A stretch of DNA of 63,964 nt, filler included, from Vicugna vicugna (GCA_013265495.1; 81 parts of 79 records of this genome joined end to end with filler, not necessarily neighbours in it); one strand, 5' to 3'; numbered from the whole stretch's first letter, positions 1-12,897 are shown. A program made the numbers and translations. The notes: generated by a model not told the origin, from the sequence alone.

Positions 1-831
1 ACAAAATGCAGAATATATTATACAGAATATCGAATGTAGAACACACAGGAGAGAATATGAAAAAGAGAATACAGAACCCAGAATTTAGAACATGGAAAGC
101 AGAACACAGAATTTAGAATATAGAATACAGAATACTGAATACAGAATATAGAATATAGAACGTAGAACACAGAATATAGAATATAGAATACAGAATACTG
201 AATATAGAACGCAGAACACTGAATATAGAATATAGAAAATGGAATACAGAATATTGTATACAGAATATAGAATATAGAACACAGAATATAGAATATGGAA
301 AACAGAATACAGAACCCAGAATTTAGAACATGGAAAGCAGAACACAGAATTTAGAATATAGAATACAGAATACTGAATACAGAATATAGAATATAGAACG
401 TAGAACACAGAATATAGAATATAGAATACAGAATACTGAATATAGAACGCAGAACACTGAATATAGAATATAGAAAATGGAATACAGAATATTGTATACA
501 GAATATAGAATATAGAACACAGAATATAGAATATGGAAAACAGAATACAGAACCCAGAATTTAGAACATGGAATGTAGAACACAGAATTCAGAATATAGA
601 ATACAGAATAATGAATATAGAATTTAGAACATAGAATGCAGAACACAGAATTTAGAATGTAGAATACAGAATACTGAATATAGAATTTAGAATATAGAAT
701 GTCGAACACACAATATAGAATATAGAATACAATATAGAATATTTTTAATAAAGAATTTAGAAGTTGGAATGCAGAATAGAGAATTAAGAATATAGAATAC
801 AGAATACTGAATACATAATTTAGAATATAGA
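1..831. repeat. Satellite A: AT-rich heptamer (TATAGAA-variant) tandem repeat
   Basis: Chain of 7-mers TATAGAA/TACAGAA/TACTGAA/TTTAGAA/CACAGAA/CATGGAA; contains an exact 238-bp (34x7) duplication. Confidence 0.93.
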
Positions 832-931
832 NNNNNNNNNNNNNNNNNNNNNNNNNNNNNNNNNNNNNNNNNNNNTTAATTAATTAANNNNNNNNNNNNN
901 NNNNNNNNNNNNNNNNNNNNNNNNNNNNNNN
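832..931. other. Artificial scaffold-joining spacer N44-TTAATTAATTAA-N44 (first of about 80 copies, last at ~63420-63519)
   Basis: Identical palindromic 12-mer giving stops in all six frames, always flanked by 44 Ns; unrelated sequences lie on either side. Confidence 0.98.
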
Positions 932-2279
932 CAAAGCCTGGCCTATGTAAATTCTCAGGGAACACAAGCTAAGGGACTCTAATTGAACCTAGTTGTTGCT
1001 GTCATTTGGAGTAGTCTCCCCATGCTCAGGATTACAGAAAGCTTCTTCGTGTGTGTACTGTTGGTGGAGAAACAGTGTCCACGCATATTCCAGGGGGCAA
1101 AGGTATTCCCTTGTTGGGGGTTGTTGGTTAAACACCTCCANNNNNNNNNNNNNNNNNNNNNNNNNNNNNNNNNNNNNNNNNNNNNNNNNNNNNNNNNNNN
1201 NNNNNNNNNNNNNNNNNNNNNNNNNNNNNNNNNNNNNNNNNNNNNNNNNNNNNNNNNNNNNNNNNNNNNNNNNNNNNNNNNNNNNNNNTTCCCTCTCTCA
1301 GGATTCCGGAATCCATTCTTGTGGGGGGGGATTTGTGTATCCCCACTCCACATTGTTCGATGTGGGCACAGTTGTTCCCAATTAAGGATAATTCATCTAA
1401 CTTATTCCTCAGTCCATCGGGGTGCACTTGCTACTCTTTTGACTCAAACCCCAACATCCAGCTTTCCCTCAGAGCCAAGCCTAAGGAAACACTCAAGGAT
1501 TACAAGCAAAGGGTTTGTAATAGAACCCAGGCACATCTGTCACATGACAGTGCCGGCCCGCACTCAGGATATCTGAACAAGTATTCATGTGTGTTTTGGA
1601 AGTGGGGTAACAGAGTCCATGCATCTTTATGGGGGCTCAGTTTTTCCCAGGTGGATGATGTAGTTTAAACACCTTCACTGCCCATAGAGAGGCACTGGAT
1701 ATTTCTTGGCTTTAGAGCCCAACCCACATCTTCACTCAAAGCCCAGCCTAGGAGAACACTCAAGGAAGTCAAGCTAAGGNNNNNNNNNNNNNNNNNNNNN
1801 NNNNNNNNNNNNNNNNNNNNNNNNNNNNNNNNNNNNNNNNNNNNNNNNNNNNNNNNNNNNNNNNNNNNNNNNNNNNNNNNNNNNNNNNNNNNNNNNNNNN
1901 NNNNNNNNNNNNNNNNNNNNNNNNNNNNNNNNNNNNNNNNNNNNNNNNNNNNNNNNNNNNNNNNNNNNNNNNNNNNNNNNNNNNNNNNNNNNNNNNNNNN
2001 NNNNNNNNNNNNNNNNNNNNNNNNNNNNNNNNNNNNNNNNNNNNNNNNNNNNNNNNNNNNNNNNNNNNNNNNNNNNNNNNNNNNNNNNNNNNNNNNNNNN
2101 NNNNNNNNNNNNNNNNNNNNNNNNNNNNNNNNNNNNNNNNNNNNNNNNNNNNNNNNNNNNNNNNNNNNNNNNNNNNNNNNNNNNGCAGATCCCTCTTCCT
2201 CAGTCAATCGGATGGCACAAGCTGCTACTTGGCATCCAAGTTCAACTCCCAGCTTTCGCTCGCAGCTCTGCCTAGGGAA
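932..2279. repeat. Satellite B (diverged ~265-bp family)
   Basis: Motifs AGAACCCAGG, CACTCAGGAT and GCTACTTGG recur as in 18770-19693. Confidence 0.85.
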
Positions 2280-2407
2280 NNNNNNNNNNNNNNNNNNNNN
2301 NNNNNNNNNNNNNNNNNNNNNNNTTAATTAATTAANNNNNNNNNNNNNNNNNNNNNNNNNNNNNNNNNNNNNNNNNNNNGCAATATGTATTTTTAAGTGC
2401 AGACAAG

Positions 2408-2489
2408 GAGGGTGGGTATTATTCGGTTGTAGAGCACCTTCTTAGCATGCACAATATCCTGGCTTCAGTCCCCAGGACCACCAAAAAAA
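2408..2489 (+). mobile_element. tRNA-derived SINE, Vic-1-like (camelid)
   Basis: GGGTATTATTCGGTTGTAGAGCAC..TTAGCATGCAC..TCCTGGCTTCAGTCCCCAGGACCACC plus an A-tail; decayed A/B boxes of a tRNA-Ala-like head. Confidence 0.8.
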
Positions 2490-3386
2490 NNNNNNNNNNN
2501 NNNNNNNNNNNNNNNNNNNNNNNNNNNNNNNNNNNNNNNNNNNNNNNNNNNNNNNNNNNNNNNNNNNNNNNNNNNNNNNNNNNNNNNNNNNNNNNNNNNN
2601 NNNNNNNNNNNNNNNNNNNNNNNNNNNNNNNNNNNNNNNNNNNNNNNNNNNNNNNNNNNNNNNNNNNNNNNNNNNNNNNNNNNNNNNNNNNNNNNNNNNN
2701 NNNNNNNNNGGATGAAGAGACGGAGCTCGGAGGAGCCGGGGACGCTGACCATCCTGCTCCCCGTGACACCGCGTCAGCCCAGGGCAAGCGCTGACAGAGC
2801 TGCACTGAGGGGACACCCAGCTGCATGGAACCTTGGGGGACTGGGGATTCCCAGAAAACACTCAAAACTGTTCAGTGAAGAACCAGCTCATATATATTAC
2901 ATTGTGCCACATCCTTTAAACAGGGAACATGACTGAGACCTATTTGATGCCTCCGTGTCCTTCCTGCCATCATCAATTATTTGCCCTCTCAGCATGACAA
3001 GTGATGAACTGGACNNNNNNNNNNNNNNNNNNNNNNNNNNNNNNNNNNNNNNNNNNNNNNNNNNNNNNNNNNNNNNNNNNNNNNNNNNNNNNNNNNNNNN
3101 NNNNNNNNNNNNNNNNNNNNNNNNNNNNNNNGACGTACCACCTGAAATCACTCCTTTCTGCTTTTTAAAATCCCTTCATCTAATCCAGACTTTTCAACAG
3201 CAAAGCAGCATATCAACCAAAGACAGTGGACAGCTTTTCATCAAATGGACTCTAACAGCCCATCGGACTACCTGGAAGCCCTTTTCNNNNNNNNNNNNNN
3301 NNNNNNNNNNNNNNNNNNNNNNNNNNNNNNTTAATTAATTAANNNNNNNNNNNNNNNNNNNNNNNNNNNNNNNNNNNNNNNNNNNN

Positions 3387-3862
3387 ATACAGTGGAATAC
3401 TACTCAGCCATAAGAAAGAGTAAAATAATGCCTTTTGCAGCAACATGGATGGACCCAGACATTATCATACTAAGTGAATAAGCCAGGAAGAGAAAGACAA
3501 AAACTACATGATATCACTTATATGTGGACTTTTTAAATGACACAAATGAACTTATTTACAAAACAGAAACACACTCACAGACATAGAAAACAAACTTATG
3601 GCTACCAGGAGTGGGAAAGGGGTGGGGAGGGATAAACTGGGAGTTCAGGATTAGCAGATGCTACTGTATGTCAAATAGACACACAAAGTCCTACTGTATA
3701 GCACAGAGAACTATATTAACTATCCTGTAAAAACCTATACTGAAGAAGAATATGAAAAGAAATACATACATGTATAACTGAATCACTATGCTGATATGCT
3801 GTATAAACTAACACAACACTGTAACTCAACAATACTTCAATAAAAAAAAAAATGAATAAAAA
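3387..3862 (+). mobile_element. L1 3' end (ORF2 tail, 3'UTR, poly-A)
   Basis: GGAATACTACTCAGCCATAA...GCAGCAACATGGATGGACC, G-rich tract, AATAAA and A-tail; artiodactyl-type 3'UTR. Confidence 0.93.
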
Positions 3863-4477
3863 TGTCGTGTCCCCAGACCCCACTATCTTGTCCTGCTGTC
3901 CTGCCTCCCAAAACCAAGCCCGAGATTCCCCACAATCAAGCCTGAGATCGGATCACCCGCATCATGACCCCAACGTGTTTTCTCTCACACTCAAGGCCCT
4001 ATAAGCTGGCCAGCCGTCACTGGATCCAAAACCCATGCTCACGCGTTGTCTTTATTTACACAGGCTCTGGGCTTCCCTCTGTCCTCCCGCAACCGCCTCC
4101 TGCCCCATTCTCTGCTAATGTCGCTCTCCTGATTCCCCTCCTGCCACCTTGTTTCCTCCTTCTCCGTCTCCTCCCAGGACACTCTTTGTAATACACAGGG
4201 CGTGCACGGGTGCACCCAGATGGCTTCTCTTCCCAGTCCTCACACATTCCTGGGCACATCCCTTCCTCAGATACCAGTTACCCAGGGACACACATCACTG
4301 GTCTGTGTCTCTGAGTCAAGACTCCTGTGAATACCCCTGGCTGTCCGCACAGGGCTGTCTGGGGCTGTCGGCTGGGANNNNNNNNNNNNNNNNNNNNNNN
4401 NNNNNNNNNNNNNNNNNNNNNTTAATTAATTAANNNNNNNNNNNNNNNNNNNNNNNNNNNNNNNNNNNNNNNNNNNN

Positions 4478-4954
4478 CCAGAATACAGAACACAGAATAT
4501 AGAACTTGGAATGCAGAACACAAAATACAGATTATAGAATACCGAATACTGAATATAGAATTTAGAAAAAAGAATGTAGAACACAGAATATAGAATATAG
4601 AATAGAAAATATAGAATCCAGAATATAGATCATGGAATGCAAACACAGAATTTAGAATATAAAATACAGAATACTGAATATTGAATTTAGAACATACAAT
4701 GCAGTAAACAGAATTAAGAATATAGAAAACAGAATACTGAATATAGAGATTAGAATTTAGAATTATATCTCAGAATTTAGAATATAAAATAAGAATTTAG
4801 AAAATACGGAATGCAAAATATAGAATTTAGGGAATAAAATGAAGAAAACACAATATAGAATACAGAATAGAGGATATAGAACACAGAATTTAGAACATGG
4901 AATTCTGAGCACAGGATTTAGAATATAGAATACAGAATACTGAATATATAATTT
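4478..4954. repeat. Satellite A
   Basis: Same 7-mer chain as 1-831. Confidence 0.92.
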
Positions 4955-7066
4955 NNNNNNNNNNNNNNNNNNNNNNNNNNNNNNNNNNNNNNNNNNNNTT
5001 AATTAATTAANNNNNNNNNNNNNNNNNNNNNNNNNNNNNNNNNNNNNNNNNNNNGAAAACCAACGTGTTGGGTATGGCATTCCCTAAGATGGGGTGAACC
5101 GAAAGAACCCCCTGCGGACTATGTCCCTGAGTGAGGAGGACCCACTTGGCAGGTGAACTTAGGGAGTTTGCCGGGGAGACAAGGGGTTTCCATGTGGAGG
5201 GGGGCAGCGTTCTGCAGGGACCTCAGATGAGAGAGTGTGGCCCTTCTTGGAGCTTGCAGGAATCTGTGTAATTACGTGATTACCAAAGGCAGATGGTTTA
5301 GATGAGTGGGCCAGCAGGAAGTGGTCTTGGTGAACAGATGTCTGCCAGCCAGGGTCAGTGGTAGAGGCTCGTTGATAACTTCAGAGATACACAATTTAAT
5401 AACTCTGAACATTTACTAGGATTGTATAGTGATTCTGGGATGTACGGGAGTTAACTGACAGAAGGAATTTAGTATGAACAAGGGTTCCACTTACTCCATT
5501 TAAAATAGTTTAAATGAACTCAGCATGTTTAAATACAGGTTTTTTATTATATGGACCAACATTGAGTTTTTAAAAGCCTTTTTTTAATCAAATAGATTAA
5601 AATCTGTTAAAATAATAGGGTGAATTGAAAGATAGAACTAACTCAAAAACACAAAAACAGTCAACAGGATGAAAAGGAGAGGTTTGGTGGGTACCGTGGT
5701 GTCAGGAAGTTTTTAGAGGGTTGTGTTAGAGGAGGTGTGCTGTCAGTCTGGGATCAGGACTTGGAGGAAGTGAGGCTGTGGATTAGCAGAGAGAAGGGAT
5801 GACAGCACAGGGACAGGGAGCCACGGGAAGGCAGGCAGAGCACGCCCACGCATGATTTTATCCTCTTTCCGTGACTTCTTGTTGCGCACTCACCACGTCT
5901 GTATTTTTGTCAGCTGGTGTGGGGTTTGTGATCATCAGTGGTNNNNNNNNNNNNNNNNNNNNNNNNNNNNNNNNNNNNNNNNNNNNTTAATTAATTAANN
6001 NNNNNNNNNNNNNNNNNNNNNNNNNNNNNNNNNNNNNNNNNNGATTTTAAAGAGATTATAGGCATATATTATACTAAAATGTGCATGGATGTAGGAAAAA
6101 CATTGAAGAAAATAACCCAGGAAAATCAAAATATTTTGTAGTACTCTGATATTAAGAGAGGTGATTTGTTCAGTTTCTTTACTGTTTTTTAATGTCCTTT
6201 GTAGAATTTAAGCTTTTAAATGAAAAAGCATATACTTTTAAAAAAGTGACATAAGGTTAAAATATTTCTGTCTCTCTCCTTAAATCTACAGTTAGTGAAA
6301 CAGTCAGTGATCACATCTCAAGAAAAATAACTACAACACAAAACAATACTCCAGAACACATGTGTACAGCTGAATTTTGGTGGGCTAAAACACATAAAGG
6401 TGGCTGAACTGAGGGAAGAGCAGAGTTGGTGCCTGCGTCCAAGGCCCACTGACTAGGGTATCTGAGCCCAGAACTTCAGAGTACCCAGTAGAAACTGGGT
6501 CTCAGTTGTTCACACAGCTTCAGCATCCAAATGCACCAGTACTCATGGTCACAGGTAACTAGGAGGGAGCCACAATGGAGACAGATATTCCATCCTTCAG
6601 ACACTCAGACATTCATGACACTGTCCCTACTCCCCATTCACAGTGGTGGAGACAAGGTACCTTGCAACATTGGCCATGGTAAAGGCANNNNNNNNNNNNN
6701 NNNNNNNNNNNNNNNNNNNNNNNNNNNNNNNNNNNNNNNNNNNNNNNNNNNNNNNNNNNNNNNNNNNNNNNNNNNNNNNNNNNNNNNNNNNNNNNNNNNN
6801 NNNNNNNNNNNNNNNNNNNNNNNNNNNNNNNNNNNNNNNNNNNNNNNNNNNNNNNNNNNNNNNNNNNNNNNNNNNNNNNNNNNNNNNNNNNNNNNNNNNN
6901 NNNNNNNNNNNNNNNNNNNNNNNNNNNNNNNNNNNNNNNNNNNNNNNNNNNNNNNNNNNNNNNNNNNNNNNNNNNNNNNNNNNNNNNNNNNNNNNNNNNN
7001 NNNNNNNNNNNNNNNNNNNNNNNNNNNNNNNNNNNNNNNNNNNNNNNNNNNNNNNNNNNNNNNNNN

Positions 7067-7131
7067 ACACACAGACCACAGATGCAGACACATGCACACG
7101 TACACACACACGTGCACACACACACACACAC
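7067..7131. repeat. Imperfect (CA)n microsatellite
   Basis: Direct reading. Confidence 0.85.
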
Positions 7132-7238
7132 AATGACANNNNNNNNNNNNNNNNNNNNNNNNNNNNNNNNNNNNNNNNNNNNTTAATTAATTAANNNNNN
7201 NNNNNNNNNNNNNNNNNNNNNNNNNNNNNNNNNNNNNN

Positions 7239-7663
7239 AAACATCCGGCTAGTGTAGCCGGGGCCATTATCAGTTTTAAGTACGCGAGGTTTACTCATGA
7301 CAGCAAAACACTTTAAAAGATGATTGATACAATGTTTACTAGCTTCTCCAGTTTGTAAAGTAGCATGAATAAACCCTGAGCAAGTGTCAATGCTGACATG
7401 GACAAAAGGAGTGTTACGAAATTCTTTGATATGAGTAACATCCATTTGCCAAAGGTGATAAGGTAAAAGCCCACTGGGATTAACCCCATAATGAGGCACA
7501 GAAAATGTCGTAGGGCAGGTAGGGCAGGTTTTTACAATTTGAGAACAGCTTCACGAGGGATTTTAAATTGCAGCCGCAAGCTATGACTATTTTGATGATG
7601 AAGCGCAAGACATAAGACATTGTTTAGCTTCTTCAAGGGCAGGATAAAGCTGAGTGGCGCGAT
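7239..7663 (-). mobile_element. Endogenous betaretrovirus-like (ERV2) pol fragment: integrase zinc finger and core, frameshifted
   Basis: Translation ALHHQNSHSLRLQFKIPREA / QIVKTCPTC..PHYGVNPSGLLPYHLWQMDVTH..VSIDTCSGFIHA..LKTDNGPGYTS; frameshifts near 7545 and 7610. Confidence 0.93.
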
Positions 7664-7763
7664 NNNNNNNNNNNNNNNNNNNNNNNNNNNNNNNNNNNNN
7701 NNNNNNNTTAATTAATTAANNNNNNNNNNNNNNNNNNNNNNNNNNNNNNNNNNNNNNNNNNNN

Positions 7764-8544
7764 CTCTTTCTGTCTCTGCATCTGACTTCTCTGGATGCCT
7801 TGTATAAGAGGACCCATGTGATATTTGCCCCTCTGTGTCTGACTTACTTCACTTAGCATATTGACTTCAAGATTTATCCACGTTGCAGTGCACGTCATAA
7901 TTTCCTTAGTTTTTAAGGCTGTGTAGTATCCCATTGTGTATACACTACATTTAGTTTATCCATTCATCTGTTGATGGAGAGGTGAGTTATTTCCACTTTT
8001 GCCTTTGTGACTAGTGCTGCTATGGATATGGGTGTACCCATTTCTATTCCAATTCCTGCTTTCAAATATTTTGAACATATATCCTGAAGTGGAATTGATG
8101 GATCACACATCAATCCCATGTGTAAGTTTTTGAGGAACTCCTGTGTGGTTCTCCACCATGGCTGCACCATTTTAGTCCTTTATAGGGCAGAATAATAGGG
8201 CAGTTTATGGATACACCCTATTTGTTTATCTATTTAGCCTTTGATGGACATTTCAATTGTTCTACCTTTGGGGCCTTTGTGAGTAGTGCTGCTATGAATG
8301 TTTGTGTACCTTTTTTTTGTTTGAACACCTATTTTTAATGTTTCAGGGTCTATATCTAGGAGTGGAGTTGTTGAATCATAAGGTAACTATGTTTTTATCT
8401 TTTTGAGGAAACGACAAACTGGAAACATGGGCAACCATTTTCCAATTTTTCAAGTAATGTTTAAAAGTTTCAATTTCTCTACATTTTTGCCTTTCCCCCC
8501 CCCCTTGATCGTAGGGCTTCTAGTGTGCTTGAAAGGGTATGGCA
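7764..8544 (-). mobile_element. Old L1 (L1M-type) 3' fragments
   Basis: CTTACTTCACTTAGCATA, TTTATCCATTCATCTGTTGATGGA, TTTTTGAGGAAC; two nested copies of the same L1 segment. Confidence 0.85.
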
Positions 8545-8644
8545 NNNNNNNNNNNNNNNNNNNNNNNNNNNNNNNNNNNNNNNNNNNNTTAATTAATTAA
8601 NNNNNNNNNNNNNNNNNNNNNNNNNNNNNNNNNNNNNNNNNNNN

Positions 8645-9354
8645 CCAACAACATGGCATTCCGGGTTCCGTGCATGCTACATACATAATTGATTCGGCCA
8701 ACATGCGTTTCTGAGTTGTGACCACGTGGATTACTGACCTTTCACCACCAAACAAGGCATATATAAACTTAGAAATATTTACTCTGAATTCATATGTTTT
8801 TTCTATCACCAGGTTCTATAATCGGACATTTGGCACCAGAAAACACTCTTTGAGCGAATTCTCACCAATACACATATAATTTACATGGTTTACATAACCA
8901 TGGCATTCCGTATTCCGAACATGATTCATGCAACACGGATTCCTCAAACATGCATTTCTGAGTTGTGCACATGCGCATGACTGATGTTTCAAACATAGCA
9001 GGGTACATATGCACTTAGAAATATTTACTATGACATCATTGCTTCTCCCCGTCACCAGTTTCAAGAATCAGACTTTGACCCCAGAAAAAGGTTCTTGGAG
9101 TGAAATCTACCGTAGATATATTTAATTTGAATAGATTCCATCAACGTGGAATTCCGGTTTCCGTACATGCGACATGCATGTCGGATTCGACAAACATGAG
9201 TTTCTGAGTTTTGAGAATGTGGATTACTGACCTTTCATCCACCAAACAAGGCATATTTTTTCTTAGAAATATTTACTCTGATTTCATAGGTTTTTTCAAT
9301 CAACAATCACCAGTTCCTAAAATACGACATAAGGCACCAGAAAAATTTCTTTGA
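8645..9354. repeat. Satellite D (~248-bp subunits, ~744-bp trimer)
   Basis: Shares CATGGCATTCCG, GGATTACTGACCTTTCA and TTGGCACCAGAAAACAC with 50506-51309. Confidence 0.9.
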
Positions 9355-9454
9355 NNNNNNNNNNNNNNNNNNNNNNNNNNNNNNNNNNNNNNNNNNNNTT
9401 AATTAATTAANNNNNNNNNNNNNNNNNNNNNNNNNNNNNNNNNNNNNNNNNNNN

Positions 9455-9918
9455 CCACGCAGCTCTCTTCAGTCACAGGTATTCCCTGTTCGGGGAACTT
9501 CGAGAAATAACTTCCCTGAATTTTGGGAGGCAGCCTCTGTCACCGGGATATCCTGCAAACCCCCCTAGCATTCCCTGGCACAGAGAAATTAGGAAAACCC
9601 TCAGGGGAGAAGAGCTTAGGCATTCCGTTAGAACCCACGCGTTGCCGACCGTTGTTTGAACCTCCCCACGTTCAGGATTCCGGAACCATTGTCAGTGCGT
9701 GGGGGAGCTCGAGAGACAACTCCACGCAGCTCTCTTCAGTCACAGGTGTTCCCTGTTCGGGGAAGTCCGAGAAATANNNNNNNNNNNNNNNNNNNNNNNN
9801 NNNNNNNNNNNNNNNNNNNNNNNNNNNNNNNNNNNNNNNNNNNNNNNNNNNNNNNNNNNNNNNNNNGTAGGCATTCCGTTAGAACCCAAGCTCTGCCGAC
9901 CTTTGGTGGAACCTCCCC
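9455..9918. repeat. Satellite C, 267-bp monomer (probably centromeric)
   Basis: CCACGCAGCTCTCTTCAGTCACAGG at 9455 and 9722 gives a 267-bp period. Confidence 0.93.
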
Positions 9919-10018
9919 NNNNNNNNNNNNNNNNNNNNNNNNNNNNNNNNNNNNNNNNNNNNTTAATTAATTAANNNNNNNNNNNNNNNNNNNNNNNNNN
10001 NNNNNNNNNNNNNNNNNN

Positions 10019-10484
10019 ACAAGTTACCTATGCACTCTGAAATATTTATTTTGACTTGGTAGCATCTACCTGTCACCAGTTTCAAGAATCAAACTTTTAT
10101 CCCACAAAAAACCTCTTAGAGCGAATTCTACCCTAGAGATATGTAATTTGAATAGATTCCATCTACAATATATTCCGTGTTTCGTGCATGCTACATATAT
10201 GACGGATTCGACAAACATACATTCCTGAGTTGAAGTCATCTGGATTACCAATCTTTCATCCTCTATAAAAGGAATATTTTCATCTAGACACGTGTACACA
10301 TTTTAATATGCTTTCCCTAACACCAGGTTCTAATCCGTGCATTTTTCACAGAAAAATTGTTCTGGAGCGATTTCCACCTAATAGGTATTTAATTAACATG
10401 AATTCCATCAACATGGCATTCCGGGTTCTGTAACCATGTATGACGAATTCGACAATCATGCGTTTCTGACTTGTGAGCATGTGG
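10019..10484. repeat. Satellite D
   Basis: High similarity to 50506-50990. Confidence 0.9.
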
Positions 10485-10584
10485 NNNNNNNNNNNNNNNN
10501 NNNNNNNNNNNNNNNNNNNNNNNNNNNNTTAATTAATTAANNNNNNNNNNNNNNNNNNNNNNNNNNNNNNNNNNNNNNNNNNNN

Positions 10585-11048
10585 GTTAGAACCCACGCCC
10601 TGCCGTCCGTTGGTGGAACCTCACCACGCTCACGATTCCGGAATCATTGCCAGTGCGTGGGGGAGCTCGGGAGAAAACTCCACGCAGCTCTCTTCAGTCA
10701 CAGGTGTTCCCTGTTCGGGGAAGTCCGAGAAATACCTTCCCTGACCTTGGGGAGGCAGCCTCCGTCACTGGGAAAAAAAAAACATTCCCTGGCACAGAGA
10801 CATAAGGAAAATCCTCAGGGGAGACGAGCTTAGGCTTTCCGTTAGAACCCACGCGCTGCCGACCGTTGGTGGAACCTCCCCACGCTCAGGATTCCGGAAA
10901 TATTGTCAGTGCGTGTGCGAGCTCGAGAGAAAACTCCACGCAGCTCTCTTCAGTCACAGGCGTTCCCTGTTCGGGGAAGTCCGAGAAAAACCTTCCCTGA
11001 TCGTGGGGAGGCAGCTTCTGTCACTGGGATATCCTGCAAACCCCCTAG
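10585..11048. repeat. Satellite C
   Basis: Same monomer; one copy has a poly-A replacing ~20 bp at ~10773. Confidence 0.92.
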
Positions 11049-11148
11049 NNNNNNNNNNNNNNNNNNNNNNNNNNNNNNNNNNNNNNNNNNNNTTAATTAA
11101 TTAANNNNNNNNNNNNNNNNNNNNNNNNNNNNNNNNNNNNNNNNNNNN

Positions 11149-11373
11149 GCATTTTTCACAGAAAAATTGTTCTCGAGCGATTTCCACATAACAAATGTGT
11201 AATTTATATGAATTCCAACAACATGCCATTCCGGGTTCCATACATGCTACATGTATGACGGATTTGGCAATCATGCGTTTCTGACTTGTGAGCAAGTGGA
11301 TTACTGACCTTTCATCCTCCGAAGAAGGCGTATATAGACTTAGACATATTTACTCTGACTTCATAAGTTTTTC
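11149..11373. repeat. Satellite D
   Basis: GCATTTTTCACAGAAAAATTGTTCT...GGATTACTGACCTTTCATCC. Confidence 0.88.
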
Positions 11374-11473
11374 NNNNNNNNNNNNNNNNNNNNNNNNNNN
11401 NNNNNNNNNNNNNNNNNTTAATTAATTAANNNNNNNNNNNNNNNNNNNNNNNNNNNNNNNNNNNNNNNNNNNN

Positions 11474-11475
11474 TT

Positions 11476-11508
<33 letters not shown>

Positions 11509-11768
11509 TTCTTTCTTCTTCTTTCTCCTTCTCCTCCTTCTTCTTCTCCTTCTCCTATTCCTTCTCCTTCTCCTCCTTCTCCTTCTCTTCCTTCTCCTTC
11601 TCTTCCTTCCCCTTCCCCTTGTTTCTTCCTTTTTCTCCTTCTTCTCCTTCTCCTTGTTTCTTCCTTCTTCTCCTTGTTTCTTCTTCTTCTTCTTCTTCTC
11701 CTTCTTCTCCTTCTTCTTCTTCTTCTTCTTCTTCTTCTTCTTCTTCTTCTTCTTCTTCTTCTTCTTCT
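11474..11768. repeat. Polypyrimidine (TTTC)n/(TTC)n microsatellite
   Basis: Direct reading. Confidence 0.95.
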
Positions 11769-12622
11769 NNNNNNNNNNNNNNNNNNNNNNNNNNNNNNNN
11801 NNNNNNNNNNNNTTAATTAATTAANNNNNNNNNNNNNNNNNNNNNNNNNNNNNNNNNNNNNNNNNNNNGGGAGGCAAAGAGTTGAAGTAGAAATGACAGG
11901 TGTAAGATACTGCCATGAATCAGAGAGGAAAATGGAGTGGTGGGAAACGTCCATCAAAGAATATAAAAGGGGAAGAATTAAGAGCACAGATCTAGAGGTA
12001 CCTTTGAAGAGGAAAGGATACAGTGAAAGGAACGAAGGAGGAAAAAATGGGGCTAATTAGGTACTTTTGGAATTGATGAGGAACCTTGAGAGAACTCCTT
12101 TTTGATGATGTCAGTATATTTGCAGTGAAGCAAGATTAGATCATTTCCACTCCAAAGAATTCTAGAAGCAGGGGGTGGGGTCAAATTAGTGTAAACCACA
12201 TCCACTCCTCATAACTATTAGGCATCATAGATATATGTTGCATTGGAATTTGTTACTCAAATGAATTTATTTCAATATGGAAGCAATCACTTCTTTTAAG
12301 GATAGTTTTTTTTTTTGATAAGATATCTGTTTCACAAAAAGTGTTTTAAACTTTAGGATGATACATACCAAACCAATGGAATTTTAGGAACAGTAGAAAT
12401 TAATAGCGATTGTTCCCTAAAAGCTAAAATTGTTGTTTTCAGTCAATACTAAGCTGATTTTGAAATATAAGTGGCTTTTAATAGCTAATAATTCTGTGGC
12501 TATTAAATTTATTTATTTCCTTTTTTATAATCATATTTCAGTATTTAAAACTATATATATATTATTTCTTATGAGTGTCTTATATATCTTCTTTCATGAG
12601 TAGATCGAGAAACTTTAAGCTG

Positions 12623-12797
12623 ACAGCTGAGACCACATCCACTCCACCAGTAAAGGCCCCTCACTGCTCCAGCTTTGCCACCAGGCTCCACCAATACCAA
12701 TTCAACATGGAAGATGATGTTGCTGTGCTTGTGCTTGTGCTTGACAATGGCACTGGCATGTGCAAGGCCGGCTTTGCAGGTCACGATGTACCCCATG
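12623..12797 (+). pseudogene. ACTB: Processed beta-actin pseudogene, 5' part (truncated by scaffold end)
   Basis: ATG at 12707 gives [30 protein letters not shown] (actin: [28 protein letters not shown]); CpG-decayed ACTB-like 5'UTR directly joined without intron 1; 6-bp insertion. Confidence 0.88.
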
Positions 12798-12897
12798 NNN
12801 NNNNNNNNNNNNNNNNNNNNNNNNNNNNNNNNNNNNNNNNNTTAATTAATTAANNNNNNNNNNNNNNNNNNNNNNNNNNNNNNNNNNNNNNNNNNNN

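Noticed and set aside
85..709. Hydrophobic 'YILYSVF' repeat ORFs (also 12935-13268, 21602-22660, 28256-28954)
   Set aside because: Translations of the stop-poor strand of heptamer satellite A.
10066..10299. Recurrent 'YTCLDENIPFIEDER' ORFs as a small multigene family (also 41111, 50645, 52150, 52905)
   Set aside because: Same position in satellite D copies; frames and ends are not conserved.
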